From positions 7,907 through 71,906 of the forward strand of contig JBARTN010000303.1 of the NCBI GenBank assembly GCA_049645265.1: a stretch of 64,000 bases of DNA. Direction: 5' to 3'. The position numbers were made by a program, and so were the translations under genes. Below are positions 10,027-19,783 of the stretch, piece by piece. Within the stretch, counting starts at the first letter, position 1. Each line of letters begins with the position of its first letter. The notes below the pieces were generated by a model. It was given only the letters and a program-made list of their open reading frames with translations, had not been told where the DNA came from and searched no databases. This DNA is from Polyangiales bacterium. Its GTDB lineage: Bacteria > Myxococcota_A > Polyangia > Polyangiales > Houyiibacteriaceae.

Positions 10027-11141
10027 GGCTGGTTGGTTTGTTCAGCGGCAGAGAGGCTGGCCGAGTCGAGCGGCACCACTTGGACTTTCGAGCCGTCCAC
10101 GACGCGGGTCACGCCTTTTACGACGACGGTCTCGCCTGGCTCGACGCCGCGTACGACTTGGGCGAAGCCCGCACCGACGGAGCCGAGCTCGATGGCCCGG
10201 CGCCGGGCAATTCCGTCCTCGATGACGTACAGGTGTTGGCTGCCAAAACGCTCGAAAACCCCATCTAAGGGCACTCGGATCTCCAACTTCGGCTCGCCGG
10301 TGACGACCTCGAACTTGGCAACCAGTCCGGGTCGCAGCCGCCCGCCGTGATCGTCGAGCTCGATTTCGACGGGAAGCCGCCGCGTTCGTGGATCGATGAC
10401 TTCGCCGACCCGCACCACCTTCCCTGTGAAGACCTCCCCCGGCCGCGCGTAGACCGAGATGGTCGCCTGCGAGCCCACGGTTACGTCGATCGCCTCTCGC
10501 GGGTCGAGTAGAACGCGTGCCTTCAAGAGGCTCGTGTCGGCCAAGCTGAGCATGGGGCTTCCTGGTGCCAAGTACTCACCGAGCTCGACCATTCGATCGA
10601 CCACCGTTCCGCCGAACGGAGCGCGGACCACTGCATCGGTGAGACCCCGCCGAGCGAGTCGGGCCTCGGCGCGTGCCACATCACGGGAGGCGGAAGCGAG
10701 ACGGACCGCATCCTTGGCGTCGTCTAGCCGTTGTTCCGGCAGGCCTCCCGTTCGAACGAGCTTCTTGGTTCGCTCGAGCTCGCGCGCCGCCTGCGTCAGT
10801 CGCGCGTCGCTTTGCTCGACTGCCGCATTTGCGGCCTGGGCGGCGGAGGCCGGTCGACCGACATCGAGGCGGAGCAGAACTTGACCCTCTTCGACCCGCT
10901 GGCCCGCTTCGACGAGGACCTCGACGACCCGTCCTGCGGTCTCCGAGCCGATGTTCGAATGACGATTGGCGAGGATTTCTGCGGTCGCAATCGAGGTAGG
11001 CGTCACCCTCTGGGCCTCGATCGTTGTTGCGTGTACCGGTGGCGGAGGCGCCTCGGTTGCGGCAGGGGCGGTACCCGTGCAGCCAGCTGCCCAGACCAGG
11101 GGCATCAGCAAGCCGGATAGAAACGAAATACGCGCCACCAA
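10023..11141 (-). CDS. RND efflux periplasmic adaptor (membrane fusion protein, HlyD/AcrA family), lipoprotein
   Basis: 372-aa ORF with lipobox VWAAG/C. It has coiled-coil and beta-barrel segments typical of MFPs (...RLDVGRPASAAQAANAAVEQSDARL...) and is translationally coupled to the RND gene. Confidence 0.88.
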   Translation of the reverse strand: MVARISFLSGLLMPLVWAAGCTGTAPAATEAPPPPVHATTIEAQRVTPTSIATAEILANRHSNIGSETAGRVVEVLVEAGQRVEEGQVLLRLDVGRPASAAQAANAAVEQSDARLTQAARELERTKKLVRTGGLPEQRLDDAKDAVRLASASRDVARAEARLARRGLTDAVVRAPFGGTVVDRMVELGEYLAPGSPMLSLADTSLLKARVLLDPREAIDVTVGSQATISVYARPGEVFTGKVVRVGEVIDPRTRRLPVEIELDDHGGRLRPGLVAKFEVVTGEPKLEIRVPLDGVFERFGSQHLYVIEDGIARRRAIELGSVGAGFAQVVRGVEPGETVVVKGVTRVVDGSKVQVVPLDSASLSAAEQTNQP

Positions 11142-11195
11142 GGAACCCTGTGTTTGGATCGATCGTTCGGCAAGAAGAAAAACCTCTGCGCTTTT

Positions 11196-12035
11196 TCAGC
11201 GCAGGACTGCATAGGCGTTGCTCAAACAGGGTTGGTCCGGCCGTTCCGCGGTGCTGACGGCCAGAACCACGCGCCCTCCCTCGTTCCAGCTGCGGACGAC
11301 GAGCGTCTCGCCGGGGTAAACCGGGTTGCTAAACTGCCCTCGAAACGTCGCGAGCTTGTTTGGATTTCCGCCGCACGCACCGCGAAGCAGAGCGCGGCCG
11401 GCGTACCCATAGGTGCACAGCCCATGCAGAATCGGCTTGTCGAAACCGACGTTGAAAGCGAACTCCGGGTCGGCGTGGAGCGGGTTGTAGTCACCACTCA
11501 AACGGTAGAGAAGCGCCTGCGTTGGCGCGATCTTCTCGCTCGATTCGAAGTCCGGCTCACGATCGGGCAGCGCGACGCGTTCGGTCTTCGGGGGCCGGGC
11601 ACCACCAAAGCCGCCGTCGTTTCGCAGGACCAGCGTGACCTCGCCCCGAATGATCAGCGCGTCGTTTTCATCGAACGCTTCGATCGCAAACACCGACATC
11701 GCCAATCTTTTCAAGTCATACAGGCCCGATACGCGGCCCATCACGCGGAGCTGGCCGTTCGGGCGAAGCGGCGCGAGCAGGTCCATCTGCTGGCTGTGGT
11801 GCACCATCCCGCGCCGGTCGCAGCCAACCCGATCGACTAGGGCATCGAACACGGCAAAGGTCGGAATCGTGCAAAACGTGGGGAGCACCTTGGGCCCCCG
11901 GTCTTCGTAGAGATAATCCAGCTCATCGTCGGCCGACGCCCCAACGCCGAGCGCGTAGAGCACCGTGTCGCGCCAGCTGTAATTGAACTCGATAGGTGGG
12001 GCTTCATAGCCCAAGCTCTCGGGGTCGATGGCCAT
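11196..12035 (-). CDS. MaoC-like (R)-specific enoyl-CoA hydratase/dehydratase, double hot-dog
   Basis: C-terminal hydratase-2 motif ...YRLSGDYNPLHADPEFA...FDKPILHGLCTYG. The likely start is MAIDPESLGY (12035). The longer ORF to 12227 would run antisense into pfp. Confidence 0.8.
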   Translation of the reverse strand: MAIDPESLGYEAPPIEFNYSWRDTVLYALGVGASADDELDYLYEDRGPKVLPTFCTIPTFAVFDALVDRVGCDRRGMVHHSQQMDLLAPLRPNGQLRVMGRVSGLYDLKRLAMSVFAIEAFDENDALIIRGEVTLVLRNDGGFGGARPPKTERVALPDREPDFESSEKIAPTQALLYRLSGDYNPLHADPEFAFNVGFDKPILHGLCTYGYAGRALLRGACGGNPNKLATFRGQFSNPVYPGETLVVRSWNEGGRVVLAVSTAERPDQPCLSNAYAVLR

Positions 12036-13446
12036 CTCGCTCGGACCGAGTAGAGCGCCTGCTGGCGAGGATGGCAATCCGGCGCTCCGAAGCCTAGAGT
12101 TCGGCGTGGGCAAAAGAGTGAGCAGAGTTGCGATCGTTTTCTCAGGAGGCCCCGCCCCGGGGGCCAACGCGGTCATCGCCGCGGCGACGACGTCATTCTT
12201 GGAGGCCGGCATCGAAGTGCTCGGCATCTTTCACGGGTACACCAATCTTCAGGGCTACGACCCGGTCAACCATCCCATGGTCCCCTTGGAGCACTACCGC
12301 TCGCTCGCGCCTGCCGACATTCGCGGACTCCGCAATACCCGGGGCATCATCATCGGCACGGCGCGCGTCAATCCCGGCGCAGCGATAGAAACTCCCTCGG
12401 ACCTCTTCGACCCACAAAAAACAGAGCGTCTCGCGATGATTCACCACGCTCTTGCCGACCTCGGCGTCGATGCGCTGATCTCGATCGGCGGCGACGACAC
12501 TCTCAAGACGGCAAACTATCTCTACATGTATCAGCAGCATCACGTTGCCGAAGAAAATCGGGTTCGCATCGTCCATTTGCCGAAGACGATCGACAACGAC
12601 TATCGCGGCATCGACTTCACCTTTGGTTTTTTCACCGCGGTAGACGTCATGGCCAAGGAGCTCTTGAATCTCCGGGCCGATTGCATCGCGACGAGCAGCT
12701 ACTTCATGGTCGAAACCATGGGCCGCAAAGCCGGCTGGCTTTCTTACGGCGTCGCGATCGCCGGCGAGGCCAGCATGGTTCTTTCGACGGAAGACGTGCA
12801 GGGCGACTTGGCGATCGAAGAGACCCGTGTCGACCCGGTCACCGGCGAGAAAACGGTGGAGCTTCGACTTTCAATCACCGCCCTGGTCGACCGCATCGTC
12901 GACATGATGCTCGAGCGCGAACGCCGCGATCAGTATTACGGGACGGTCGTCCTGGCGGAAGGCCTCGCCGAGCTCTTACCGCAAAATGCCTCGGCCGGAT
13001 TGCCTCGTGACGAGCATGGACACATTCGCCTGTCGGCCTTCGACTTGGCCAAAGTGGTCTCCGATCGTGTCCAAGTCCGCTACGAGGAACGTACCGGCAG
13101 GCGCAAGAAGGTTCGGCACATCCAACTAGGCTACGAGTCGCGATGCGCGCCACCGCACGCGTTCGACGTCATGCTCGCGAGTCAGCTCGGCATCGGCGCC
13201 TACCGTGCCTTGGTCGAAGAACAGCTCGACGGCCACATGGTGAGCGTCAGCGGCCAGCTGGAATTGCACTACATCGCGTTCGCAAAACTGATCAATGCGC
13301 AGACCTTACGGACCGAGGTGCGCTTCATCCCGAGCGGAAGCGACTTCCACCGCCTGGCACGGTTTCTCGAGGCGCAAACCGGCCGCTTCCATGCTTGGAG
13401 CCCAGGTCAGCGTTTCGAGCCAGAAAGCGAAAAGCCTTCAGAGTAA
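12028..13446 (+). CDS. pfp: Pyrophosphate-dependent 6-phosphofructokinase
   Basis: PFK fold with VAIVFSGGPAPGANAVI. The diagnostic GGDD (SIGGDDT) and Lys-containing PKTIDND replace the GGDG/GTIDND of ATP-PFKs. The true start may be the GTG at 12118 (VSRVAIVF). Confidence 0.85.
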   Translation: MAISLGPSRAPAGEDGNPALRSLEFGVGKRVSRVAIVFSGGPAPGANAVIAAATTSFLEAGIEVLGIFHGYTNLQGYDPVNHPMVPLEHYRSLAPADIRGLRNTRGIIIGTARVNPGAAIETPSDLFDPQKTERLAMIHHALADLGVDALISIGGDDTLKTANYLYMYQQHHVAEENRVRIVHLPKTIDNDYRGIDFTFGFFTAVDVMAKELLNLRADCIATSSYFMVETMGRKAGWLSYGVAIAGEASMVLSTEDVQGDLAIEETRVDPVTGEKTVELRLSITALVDRIVDMMLERERRDQYYGTVVLAEGLAELLPQNASAGLPRDEHGHIRLSAFDLAKVVSDRVQVRYEERTGRRKKVRHIQLGYESRCAPPHAFDVMLASQLGIGAYRALVEEQLDGHMVSVSGQLELHYIAFAKLINAQTLRTEVRFIPSGSDFHRLARFLEAQTGRFHAWSPGQRFEPESEKPSE

Positions 13447-13462
13447 CTCCGAAGGCTTCATT

Positions 13463-13696
13463 TCAGAACGCGCGTTCGGTGATTTGACGAACGCGCTTCC
13501 GACGGCGGCGTGCAGCCTCTGCGGCCTTCTTCCGCTTCTTAATCGAAGGCTTCATGTAGTGACGGCGGCGCTTGAGCTCGCGGAGAATGCCTTCGGTCGC
13601 CATCTTGCGCTTGAGGTGCTTGACCGCACGCTCGAGTCCACGTTCACCAACATGAACTTCGATAGGCTTGCACTGTACGGTTTCAACCATGAACAC
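13463..13696 (-). CDS. rpsU: 30S ribosomal protein S21
   Basis: 77-aa basic ORF (...LERAVKHLKRKMATEGILRELKRRRHYMKPSIKKRKK...). An AAGGAG Shine-Dalgarno lies 5 nt upstream of the GTG at 13696. The ATG at 13690 is an alternative start. Confidence 0.9.
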   Translation of the reverse strand: MFMVETVQCKPIEVHVGERGLERAVKHLKRKMATEGILRELKRRRHYMKPSIKKRKKAAEAARRRRKRVRQITERAF

Positions 13697-13801
13697 TTCT
13701 GCTCCTTCTAAGAGCGCCGGAGGCTTACACAGTGTACACGGGGGCGCAAGGCAGCCCGGTTTTTCCGGGGGCAGGCCTCGTAAATGCTCGTAAGAAGGAC
13801 G

Positions 13802-16411
13802 TTATTCGGCTCTGAGGCTCGTTTCGGCCCCGCCCGCAGCATTTGCCCTTTCGAAAACGAGCTTTCCATCGGCCGCATCGACGCGAATCGTGTCGCCCGC
13901 GCCGAATCGCCCCGCCAGGATGTCCTCGGCTAGGCCGTTTTCGAGGTAGCGCTGGATCGCGCGCTTGAGCGGACGGGCGCCGTAGGTCGGATCGTAGCCC
14001 ACGTTCGCCAGAAAGCCCTTGGCATCGTCGCTGACGTCGAGCTGCATGTCACGCTCGGCGAGACGCTTCTCGAAGATTCGGAGCTGTACGTCGACGATGC
14101 TCCGCAGCTGCGCGCGGTCGAGCCGGTGGAAGATGATCGTCTCGTCGAGTCGATTGAGGAACTCAGGTCGAAACGCGTCGCGCAGATCTTCGATGACCGC
14201 CTCGCGCATCGCCTCCTCGTCGTCGAGAGCCATGATGTGATGTGAGCCGACGTTCGACGTGAGAATGATCACGACGTTCTTGAAGTCGACCGTGCGCCCT
14301 TGGCCATCGGTCAAACGACCGTCGTCCAAGACCTGCAGAAGAACATTCCAGACATCGGGGTGCGCCTTTTCGACTTCATCGAACAGGAGCACGGCGTACG
14401 GACGTCGCCGCACGGGCTCAGTCAATTGGCCGCCTTCTTCGTAGCCGACGTATCCAGGAGGTGCGCCGATGAGACGCGCGACCGCGTGCCTCTCCATGTA
14501 CTCGCTCATATCGAGCCGGATCATCGCCTTGTCGTCGTCGAACAGGAAGTCCGCAAGCGCGCGCGCGAGCTCCGTCTTACCGACTCCGGTAGGCCCGAGG
14601 AACAGGAACGAACCAATCGGCCGATTTGGTTCGCTCAAACCTGCTCGCGAACGCCTGACGGCGTTGGACACGGCCACAATCGCCTCATCCTGACCGATCA
14701 CGCGCTCACGGAGACGGTCTTCCATCCGAAGAAGCTTGTCCTTCTCGCCTTCGAGCATCTTGCTCACGGGGATACCGGTCCACTTGGAAACGACCTCGGC
14801 AATGTCCTCGTCCGTCACTTCTTCCTTGAGGAAGGAGGCGCTGGTCTGCACCTCGGCGAGCTTCTGCTGGGCCTGGGTGACCGCCGATTCGGCAGCGGGA
14901 ATTTCCCCGTATTGCAGGCGCGCGGCCTGCTCGTAGTCGGTCGTGCGCTCTGCGCGTTCGAGGTCTATGCGAAGGGTTTCGACCAGCTCCTTCTTCTCGC
15001 GGATTTCCGTGATCAGCTCTTTTTCACGGAGCCACTGCGCGCGCATGGTGTCGCGCTGCTCTTGAAGCTCCGAGAGCTCTTGCTCGAGGTCCCCGAGACG
15101 CTTCTTGCTCGCGTCGTCTTTCTCCTTCTTGAGTGCCTCTCGCTCGATCTCGAGCTGAGTGAGCTTGCGCTCGACCGTGTCGATCGGCGCAGGCAGAGAG
15201 TCGATCTCCATCTTCAGTCGCGAAGCCGCTTCGTCGACGAGATCGATCGCCTTATCGGGCAGAAAACGATCCGTGATGTACCGCTCGCTGAGCGTTGCCG
15301 CGGCGACAATCGCGGAATCTTGAATCCGGATGCCGTGATGAATCTCGTAACGCTCCTTGAGCCCACGCAGAATACCAATCGTGTCGGGGACCGAGGGCTC
15401 GCCGGCAAAAACAGGCTGGAACCGCCGCGCGAGTGCAGCGTCCTTTTCGATGCGCTTTCGGTACTCGTCCAGTGTCGTTGCGCCCACGCATCGCAGCTCT
15501 CCGCGCGCCAAGGCTGGCTTGAGCATGTTGCTCGCGTCCATGGAGCCCTCGGCCGCGCCTGCGCCGACGAGCGTGTGCAACTCGTCGATGAAGAGAATCA
15601 CCTCGCCTTTGGCCTCTTCGATCTCGTTGAGAACCGCCTTCAGCCGCTCTTCGAACTCGCCGCGGTACTTCGACCCGGCCACCATCGCGCCCAGGTCGAG
15701 CGCCAGAAACTTCTTGTTTTGTAGGCTTTCGGGCACGTCGCCCTGCATGATCCGGTATGCGATTCCCTCGGCGATCGCGGTCTTCCCGACACCGGGCTCG
15801 CCGATGAGCACGGGGTTGTTCTTGGTGCGGCGCGAGAGAACCTGCATGACGCGGCGAATTTCTTCGTCACGGCCGATCACCGGGTCGGTCTTCCCCTGAC
15901 GCGCGGCTTCGGTCAGATCGCGCGTGTACTTTTCGAGCGCCTGGAACTTCCCCTCCGGATCCGGGTCGGTCACTCGTTGAGTGCCTCGGACCTCTTGCAC
16001 CGCCTTGAGCAGCGTTGCGCGATCGACTCCCTGAGCAACGAGTGCCTTCTTGAGCTGGCCGTCGCTGTATGCAGCAAGGAGGACGTGCTCAGCCGAGGTG
16101 TACTCATCCTTGAGCGCTTCGGTTTCTTTCCAAGCGTTGTTCAGAAGGTCGCGAAGGCGTGACGCAATACCGGGCTCCGCGCCGCCCGCGACCTTCGGCA
16201 TGCGGTCGAGGATCGCACCTTGAGCGCGGATCAGACCTTGAAGATCACCCCCGGCCTTTTCGAGAATGGCAGGCGCCAGGCCGCCGGCCTGGGCGAGAAG
16301 CTCCAAGAGCAGGTGCTCCGGGTAGACTTCTGGATTGCCGCGATCGCCCGCATTTTGCTGAGCGGCAACCAGGGCCTCGCGCGTCTTTGTGGTGAGTCGG
16401 TCGAGTCGCAT
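13802..16411 (-). CDS. clpB: ATP-dependent chaperone/disaggregase ClpB
   Basis: Two AAA+ modules ([13 protein letters not shown]; [17 protein letters not shown]) separated by a long coiled-coil middle domain. The Clp N-domain starts at [14 protein letters not shown] (start 16411). The ORF track extends to 16447. Confidence 0.96.
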   Translation of the reverse strand: MRLDRLTTKTREALVAAQQNAGDRGNPEVYPEHLLLELLAQAGGLAPAILEKAGGDLQGLIRAQGAILDRMPKVAGGAEPGIASRLRDLLNNAWKETEALKDEYTSAEHVLLAAYSDGQLKKALVAQGVDRATLLKAVQEVRGTQRVTDPDPEGKFQALEKYTRDLTEAARQGKTDPVIGRDEEIRRVMQVLSRRTKNNPVLIGEPGVGKTAIAEGIAYRIMQGDVPESLQNKKFLALDLGAMVAGSKYRGEFEERLKAVLNEIEEAKGEVILFIDELHTLVGAGAAEGSMDASNMLKPALARGELRCVGATTLDEYRKRIEKDAALARRFQPVFAGEPSVPDTIGILRGLKERYEIHHGIRIQDSAIVAAATLSERYITDRFLPDKAIDLVDEAASRLKMEIDSLPAPIDTVERKLTQLEIEREALKKEKDDASKKRLGDLEQELSELQEQRDTMRAQWLREKELITEIREKKELVETLRIDLERAERTTDYEQAARLQYGEIPAAESAVTQAQQKLAEVQTSASFLKEEVTDEDIAEVVSKWTGIPVSKMLEGEKDKLLRMEDRLRERVIGQDEAIVAVSNAVRRSRAGLSEPNRPIGSFLFLGPTGVGKTELARALADFLFDDDKAMIRLDMSEYMERHAVARLIGAPPGYVGYEEGGQLTEPVRRRPYAVLLFDEVEKAHPDVWNVLLQVLDDGRLTDGQGRTVDFKNVVIILTSNVGSHHIMALDDEEAMREAVIEDLRDAFRPEFLNRLDETIIFHRLDRAQLRSIVDVQLRIFEKRLAERDMQLDVSDDAKGFLANVGYDPTYGARPLKRAIQRYLENGLAEDILAGRFGAGDTIRVDAADGKLVFERANAAGGAETSLRAE

Positions 16412-16486
16412 TTCGGCCCAAGTTAAGCACGGCATAGGGCCCGTCAATAGTTAGACAGCATCCGAAAACGAGGCAATAACAGCCGG

Positions 16487-16972
16487 GTGCGCCCGCTGAT
16501 TCTCGCCGCCCTCGCCGTTCTGCTTATCGCCTCCTGCAAGAGCGAGCCAACGCCGAGCGGTTTCGAGTCGCCGAGCGCCACCATCGACTCGCTCTTCCGT
16601 GCCTATGGCGTGCAAGACATGTCTCAAGACGAAGCCCGCCGCCGGCTTCAAGCGCACGAGCGATTCGAGCTCCTCGATTCGAAGCTCTTCCGAACGTGCT
16701 TCTCGGATTGGCAAGGAGAGCACGATCAAGCCTTGGGTGGTTTCATCTTCGGGCAGCTGGTAGCGGGGAAAGACGAGCTCGAGATCAGCCTCGAAGGCGA
16801 CATAGCAAAGATTCGCGCCGCTTCCGCGGCGGTCGAGCTTACACCGGTCGTTCTAATCAATCAGGATCGAGCCTGGAAAATCGATCTTCGCAAAAGCGTG
16901 CCCCCGCAAGTCCGTCAGAGCCTCTACGAGGTCTACCGTCGTGCGCGCCGGGCCGAGCGCAAAGCGCGCTGA
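16487..16972 (+). CDS. Hypothetical lipoprotein
   Basis: 161-aa ORF with signal peptide and lipobox MRPLILAALAVLLIAS/C. No family recognised. Confidence 0.6.
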   Translation: MRPLILAALAVLLIASCKSEPTPSGFESPSATIDSLFRAYGVQDMSQDEARRRLQAHERFELLDSKLFRTCFSDWQGEHDQALGGFIFGQLVAGKDELEISLEGDIAKIRAASAAVELTPVVLINQDRAWKIDLRKSVPPQVRQSLYEVYRRARRAERKAR

Positions 16973-16981
16973 GCATCTCGC

Positions 16982-18808
16982 TCAATGAATCGTAAATGGT
17001 GTGACGTCGATCCTCTCGCCAGGCGAAGCGTTCTTCAACGCCTCTTGCAGCATCAGCAGCTCCCTCGGGTAGGGATTGAGAGCGAGGCCGGCGCGCACGG
17101 TTCGAAGCGCAGCGTTCGTGTCGCCGATGGCCGCAAAATAGAGGGAATCAGTGTAATGGCGCCAAATCAATTGGACCTCGGTGTGCGGGTCGATCGGTTG
17201 GCCAATCCGTTGGTACAGATCTCCCCAAAGCGCAGTGTGTTCATGCATCGCCCGCGCCTCGTCGGTGTTGGTCGTGTCGGCCGTCAGCACGCGATGGTAT
17301 AATTGCTCGGGAACGAGCAGGTCCATCATCTCTTGGGTCACTCTCACGTCCATCTCGACGTAGACCGGCCGAAGCGCAGCAAGGCTTTGGAGCTCCGGCG
17401 CGCTCAGGGTGCCGTCGAGGACGTAGCTTCGCAGAAGTGGCTTTAGCTCGGGCTCGTCTCTCACGTAGCGGTCCACGAGCTTTGGGTAACTGAGCAGGGG
17501 GAGCGGGATCATCGTGACGTCCGGCCGATTGAGCTCCTCGGCCTCGCCACCCCAGTAGCGAAAGATCGTCTGCGGGTTGTGTACCAGGACGATCGAACGG
17601 GCGGGTAGCGAGCGTCGAAGCCCATCATCGAACACGTCCGTATCGACGAAGCTCGCGAGTGTCGAGGCATCGAGCGAGCGAACGAATTGGAGGGACGCCG
17701 CGATCGCAAGGATCCCCCCGAGCACGGGCGCCAGCTTCGGCTTGCTCGGCACCGCTTCGGCGAGGGCAGACAGCAAAACGCCAATGGCGAAGACCGCGAA
17801 GATCGAGAGCGATGCATACGAAACCATGAAGTAGGCAATCGCGTCGGGGTTGCCGCGAACGAAGCCCAGCGTGGCGCGACCGAGCACGTACACCAGCCAG
17901 AGGGTCAGCCAGAAAAGACCGAATTTTCGGGACGAGCTGACCCGGAGCATGAAGTAAGCGCCGAGGAGCGCCATCACGAGCGTCAGGACGTGGAGGTCCC
18001 GAGCCATTGCGATCAGAATGTCGGCGAAGGTCTCTCCAAATGGCGCGACGGCTTCCGGTGAGATGCTCTTTTGAAAGGCCTGCGCGGTGATGACCCAAAC
18101 GAAGCGTCCAGGGCTCGATGGATCTCCGAGATTCAAGAACGGTTCTTGAAGCGCTCGCAATGGCAGGTAGAGGTAAGTCATCAATCCAGCGCTCACGAAT
18201 CCGGTCGACCATGCGAAAGGCCGCCATCCCCAAGTCTTCCAGATGCCCAGCAAGAGCCAGAGTGATGGCACGATGGCGAGCAGGGCGATGAAATGGTGGT
18301 TGGCGAGCGCGAGGCCGAGCGCCAAGGCGGCTTGGTACAGCGGACGGACGTCGCCCTCTTGCCCCGAAATCGAAACGCGAAGCAGACGCTCCATCGCGAT
18401 ACAAAGGAGTGCGGCTTGAAGGGCGTACACCTCCGGTCGCACCGCTTGAAACCACCAGCCCTGGCTTCCGGCAACCCACCAGCTTGCCGCGAGCGCGAGA
18501 GGGAAGCGCAGCGAGGGCCGGATCGCATCGCTCACCTTCAAGCTCGTCTCGAAGGCAAAGAACAAGGCGACCGCGGCAATCGCAAGAAGAACGGCGCAAA
18601 TCACGGCGACACGAAAAGAGAGCGGGCCGATGGGCAATAGATTCGCTGCGCCAAGGACGATCGACGCCAGTGGATGGCCGGGTGGGTGCGAGATGCCGAA
18701 GTCCGCTGCCGCCGCGACGAACTCGCCGCTATCGAGCCAATGCGCAAACCCCGACGCGGTGCTCAGATAAGCAAGGAGCGGTGGAACGCCAGCCAGAAGG
18801 CCCTTCAT
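16982..18808 (-). CDS. DUF2723-family polytopic membrane protein (glycosyltransferase-like) with C-terminal TPR-like region
   Basis: Characteristic N-terminal block WLDSGEFVAAAADFGISHPPGHPL, followed by >10 TM helices. The ATG giving MKGLLAGVPPLLAYLS (18808) is preferred. The ORF track starts at a TTG at 18877. Confidence 0.75.
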   Translation of the reverse strand: MKGLLAGVPPLLAYLSTASGFAHWLDSGEFVAAAADFGISHPPGHPLASIVLGAANLLPIGPLSFRVAVICAVLLAIAAVALFFAFETSLKVSDAIRPSLRFPLALAASWWVAGSQGWWFQAVRPEVYALQAALLCIAMERLLRVSISGQEGDVRPLYQAALALGLALANHHFIALLAIVPSLWLLLGIWKTWGWRPFAWSTGFVSAGLMTYLYLPLRALQEPFLNLGDPSSPGRFVWVITAQAFQKSISPEAVAPFGETFADILIAMARDLHVLTLVMALLGAYFMLRVSSSRKFGLFWLTLWLVYVLGRATLGFVRGNPDAIAYFMVSYASLSIFAVFAIGVLLSALAEAVPSKPKLAPVLGGILAIAASLQFVRSLDASTLASFVDTDVFDDGLRRSLPARSIVLVHNPQTIFRYWGGEAEELNRPDVTMIPLPLLSYPKLVDRYVRDEPELKPLLRSYVLDGTLSAPELQSLAALRPVYVEMDVRVTQEMMDLLVPEQLYHRVLTADTTNTDEARAMHEHTALWGDLYQRIGQPIDPHTEVQLIWRHYTDSLYFAAIGDTNAALRTVRAGLALNPYPRELLMLQEALKNASPGERIDVTPFTIH

Positions 18809-18875
18809 CAAGTTCGAACGCAAAGCCCCGCCATGATCCACTGATGCACCCAACCGGGTCAAATCCCCGAACAAC

Positions 18876-19087
18876 AACCATACGATCGGAGAACGGCTCG
18901 CGATGGGCGTGCTCGGTCGCGGGGTGCCCGCTCGGCTGGCTCCCTAATGCACCTCACGTCTGGCCTCGCCCCCCACTCCCTGTGCTGCCCATCCCGAGCC
19001 GTTCGATGGAACCCCGTGACGCGTTTTTCCGTGCCCCGCTACGCCCGCGAGCACGCCCGTCCCTAGCCGTTCTCCGGTTGTATGGTT
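18876..19087. repeat. Long imperfect inverted repeat (40-bp arms, 132-bp spacer) in a divergent intergenic region
   Basis: Left arm 18876-18915: aaccatacgatcggagaacggctcgcgatgggcgtgctcg. The reverse complement of the right arm 19048-19087 is aaccatacaaccggagaacggctagggacgggcgtgctcg, matching 35/40. A further complementary pair extends the stem: gtcgcgggg (18916-18924) with ccccgctac (19034-19042). Confidence 0.7.
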
Positions 19088-19137
19088 GGCCGGTGCGGGG
19101 GTGTTCCGCGCTTGTGCATTTGTGACATAGTCTGCCG

Positions 19138-19623
19138 ATGCCGAAGCGTGCCGTGAAGTACTGGCTCATGAAGAGCGAACGCGAGAGCTATTCGATAGAT
19201 GACCTCGAGCGCGACGGCCGCGAGCCATGGGATGGCATTCGAAACTACCAGGCTCGCAACTTCATGCGCGAAATGGCCGCAGGTGACCTCGTCATTTTTT
19301 ACCACTCCAGCGCAAATCCCCCTGGTGTCGCAGGCATCGGCCGCATCTGCTGCAAGGCCTATCCAGACCCGACCCAGTTCGACGAGAAGAGCAAGTACTA
19401 CGACCCCAAGTCCAAGAAGGACGATCCCCGCTGGTCCCTCGTGGACGTCGGGTTCGTCGAAAAGTTCGCCGAGGAGATTCCACTTCAAACACTGAAGGAC
19501 CACCCGGCCCTAGAAGGAATGCGGGTCACGCAAAAAGGCTCGCGCCTCTCGGTCCAGCCGGTGGAGAAGAAGCACTTCAAGCGGGTGCTGAAAATGGCGG
19601 GGGCGAAGACGAAGTTGCCGTAG
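19138..19623 (+). CDS. EVE (PUA-like) domain protein
   Basis: 161-aa ORF. KYWLMKSE...YSIDDLERDG...WDGIRNYQARNFMR...GDLVIFYHS matches the EVE/ASCH-like pattern. Confidence 0.8.
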   Translation: MPKRAVKYWLMKSERESYSIDDLERDGREPWDGIRNYQARNFMREMAAGDLVIFYHSSANPPGVAGIGRICCKAYPDPTQFDEKSKYYDPKSKKDDPRWSLVDVGFVEKFAEEIPLQTLKDHPALEGMRVTQKGSRLSVQPVEKKHFKRVLKMAGAKTKLP

Positions 19624-19783
19624 GGCGTGGGGATGCTGGCGTTCAAGGGGGCTTCGATCTAGACGGCGAAATCACGCTGCCACCGCCAACGTTCATCACG
19701 CTCGGATGGCTGGCTGGCTTCAACACAATCGACGCCGCTCTCTCGGCAGCACAAACGCAGCCCCTGGGCGGCTAGCGTGACCC

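Noticed and set aside
9049-10350. 433-aa plus-strand ORF, together with similar long ORFs at 7699-8520, 8117-8857, 41389-42507, 48934-50151, 49791-50627, 53654-54595, 54865-55689 and 63095-63898
   Set aside because: All lie antisense to, or out of frame within, strongly supported genes (RND pump, PiT, pstA/pstC, TonB-dependent-receptor-like protein, lipoprotein, bEBP). They show His/Arg/Asp/Gly-rich low-information composition.
14300-15724. 474-aa plus-strand ORF
   Set aside because: It is fully antisense to clpB, which has unmistakable AAA+ motifs. The product is Arg/Leu/Asp-rich with no recognisable motifs. This is a typical shadow ORF of GC-rich DNA.
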